A stretch of 9,120 bases of DNA from a virus (taxonomy: Duplodnaviria > Heunggongvirae > Uroviricota > Caudoviricetes): positions 1 through 9,120 of the IMG/VR virus record IMGVR_UViG_2778261447_000001. One strand, given 5' to 3'. The notes under the pieces are model-generated. The model had not been told where the DNA came from. It made no database searches and was given only the letters and a program-made list of their open reading frames with translations. Shown here piece by piece: positions 8,251 to 9,120 of this stretch (its first letter is position 1; the number at the start of each line of letters is the position of its first letter). The position numbers were made by a program, and so were the translations under genes.

Positions 8251-8319
8251 CTTCGCAAACACCAGGAACGTGCAAAAACCAAATATGTAGAACGCAATAT
8301 TCAGCATATCTCTTTGCAT
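8242..8319 (-). CDS. Candidate small hydrophobic peptide (25 aa, MQRDMLNIAFYIFGFCTFLVFAKLF)
   Basis: Hand-translated - strand ORF. ATG lies 4 nt after a GGAGG Shine-Dalgarno and 20 nt after the mnt stop. Predicted single transmembrane-like helix. Overlaps the last 9 nt of the gp16-like gene. Too short to judge by composition. Confidence 0.25.
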   Translation of the reverse strand: MQRDMLNIAFYIFGFCTFLVFAKLF

Positions 8320-8339
8320 AAATCCTCCGTAATGGATGG

Positions 8340-8600
8340 TTATCTGCTGTCTTTTTTATATAGCTTCTTGAGCGTATCAAAGACAATTTTCTTAACCATA
8401 TCAGATTGTTGTTCTGCCATACGCTCTGCATCGTCAATGTAAACTGATGCAGAGCTTTGTTTAGCCAACGATTCTTCAATCGCTGCAATTATCTCTGAGT
8501 TCAGCGACCTGTTATTCATCTTCGCGCGCTGTTTAATTTTCGCGTGAAGTTCATGCGGAAGTCTCAAGTGAAACTGCGCCTCGTCGTATTTGCTGTACAT
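8340..8600 (-). CDS. mnt: Mnt-like ribbon-helix-helix (Arc/MetJ family) repressor, 86 aa
   Basis: C-terminal half DAERMAEQQSDMVKKIVFDTLKKLYKK closely matches recalled P22 Mnt (DAERLADEQSELVKKMVFDTLKDLYKK). The N-terminal strand FHLRLPHELHAKIKQRAKMNNRSLNSEI matches the RHH pattern (P22: FNFRMPMEVREKLKFRAEANGRSMNSEL). Start chosen at the internal ATG (8600), which has GAGG 8 nt upstream; the upstream ATG at 8633 has no Shine-Dalgarno. Confidence 0.8.
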   Translation of the reverse strand: MYSKYDEAQFHLRLPHELHAKIKQRAKMNNRSLNSEIIAAIEESLAKQSSASVYIDDAERMAEQQSDMVKKIVFDTLKKLYKKDSR

Positions 8601-8721
8601 CCTTGATGCCTCACCAGTTGGGTGGAATGGCATCGTAACTTACTGGATAAATACTCAATAGTACCATTTCGGTATGCAATCACATCATGGTTGCATCATA
8701 TCATTCGTCTGGAGCAATGAA
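8601..8721. promoter_or_regulatory. Divergent intergenic control region between mnt (-) and tailspike (+); expected site of the mnt promoter and operator
   Basis: 121-bp AT-rich spacer between divergent starts. Contains an inverted repeat ATGCAA-N11-TTGCAT (8674-8696) and a short CACC-N5-GGTG dyad (about 8611-8623). The promoter hexamers are not confidently assignable by eye. Confidence 0.35.
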
Positions 8722-9045
8722 ATGTCAGATATCACCGCAAATGTTGTGGTAAGCATGCCTTCGCAACTCTTCACTATGGCGCGTTCTTTTAAAGCGGTTG
8801 CCAATGGCAAAATTTATATCGGAAAAATTGACACTGACCCGGTAAATCCTGAAAACCAGATTCAGGTTTATATAGAGAACGAAGACGGCTCTCACGTTCC
8901 TGTTTCGCAACCAATCATCATTAATGCTGCTGGATATCCGGTATATAACGGACAGATTGCCAAGTTCGTAACTGTGCAAGGCCACTCTATGGCTGTTTAT
9001 GATGCGTACGGTTCGCAGCAGTTCTATTTCCCGAATGTACTTAAG
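8722..9045 (+). pseudogene. Tailspike gene (P22 gp9-like), N-terminal head-binding domain only; truncated after codon 108 by an IS2 insertion
   Basis: Translation [108 protein letters not shown] is near-identical to recalled P22 tailspike residues 1-108. Shine-Dalgarno GGAG lies 7 nt before the ATG at 8722. After ...FPNVLK the sequence switches to IS2 terminal sequence. Confidence 0.85.
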
Positions 9046-9120
9046 TGGATTTGCCCCTATATTTCCAGACATCTGTTATCACTTAACCCATTACAAGCCC
9101 GCTGCCGCAGATATTCCCGT
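9046..9120 (-). mobile_element. IS2 insertion sequence terminus (partial; the element continues past the window end), transposase on the - strand
   Basis: 9046-9120 is the reverse complement of the recalled IS2 end ...CGGGAATATCTGCGGCAGCGGGCTTGTAATGGGTTAAGTGATAACAGATGTCTGGAAATATAGGGGCAAATCCA. On the - strand it encodes the transposase OrfB C-terminus ...[20 protein letters not shown] with its stop at 9057-9059. Confidence 0.8.

Noticed and set aside
8225-8488. 87-aa ORF on the - strand overlapping mnt in another frame
   Set aside because: It overlaps the well-supported mnt gene and the gp16-like 3' end, with low-complexity basic composition. Likely a spurious alternative frame.
8340-8633. 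Longer 97-aa version of mnt starting at the upstream ATG
   Set aside because: The ATG at 8633 has no Shine-Dalgarno. The internal ATG at 8600 has GAGG upstream and gives a protein whose N-terminus aligns with the start of P22 Mnt.
8725-9072. 115-aa ORF on the - strand
   Set aside because: It is antisense to the highly conserved tailspike N-terminal domain and runs into the IS2 end. The + strand coding assignment is unambiguous.
1-9120. CRISPR arrays, tRNA/rRNA genes, att sites
   Set aside because: I saw no regularly spaced direct repeats, no tRNA-like cloverleaf candidates, and nothing else suggestive of these. The window is almost entirely coding.

Overview
This window reads as the late (virion) region of a P22-like podovirus prophage from an enterobacterial host, identified by recall of P22 protein sequences rather than by any search. 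The + strand carries a tightly packed, translationally coupled operon: a probable coat-gene 3' end with a strong intrinsic terminator, then homologues of P22 gp4, gp10 and gp26 (tail needle), a gene-14-position protein, and three ejection proteins (gp7-, gp20-, gp16-like). The gp16-like protein is unusually long (797 aa) and carries an N-terminal lytic transglycosylase (SLT) domain. Downstream lies a remnant of the immI region: an Mnt-like repressor gene on the - strand with no arc or ant, directly divergent from the tailspike gene. The tailspike is cut after codon 108 by what I recognise as an IS2 terminus, so the prophage is probably defective for adsorption. The coat-gene 5' end also looks frame-disrupted. 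I saw no tRNA, rRNA or CRISPR array, and no obvious defence system; the most unusual items are the SLT fusion, the orphan mnt with a small hydrophobic ORF, and the IS2-disrupted tailspike.
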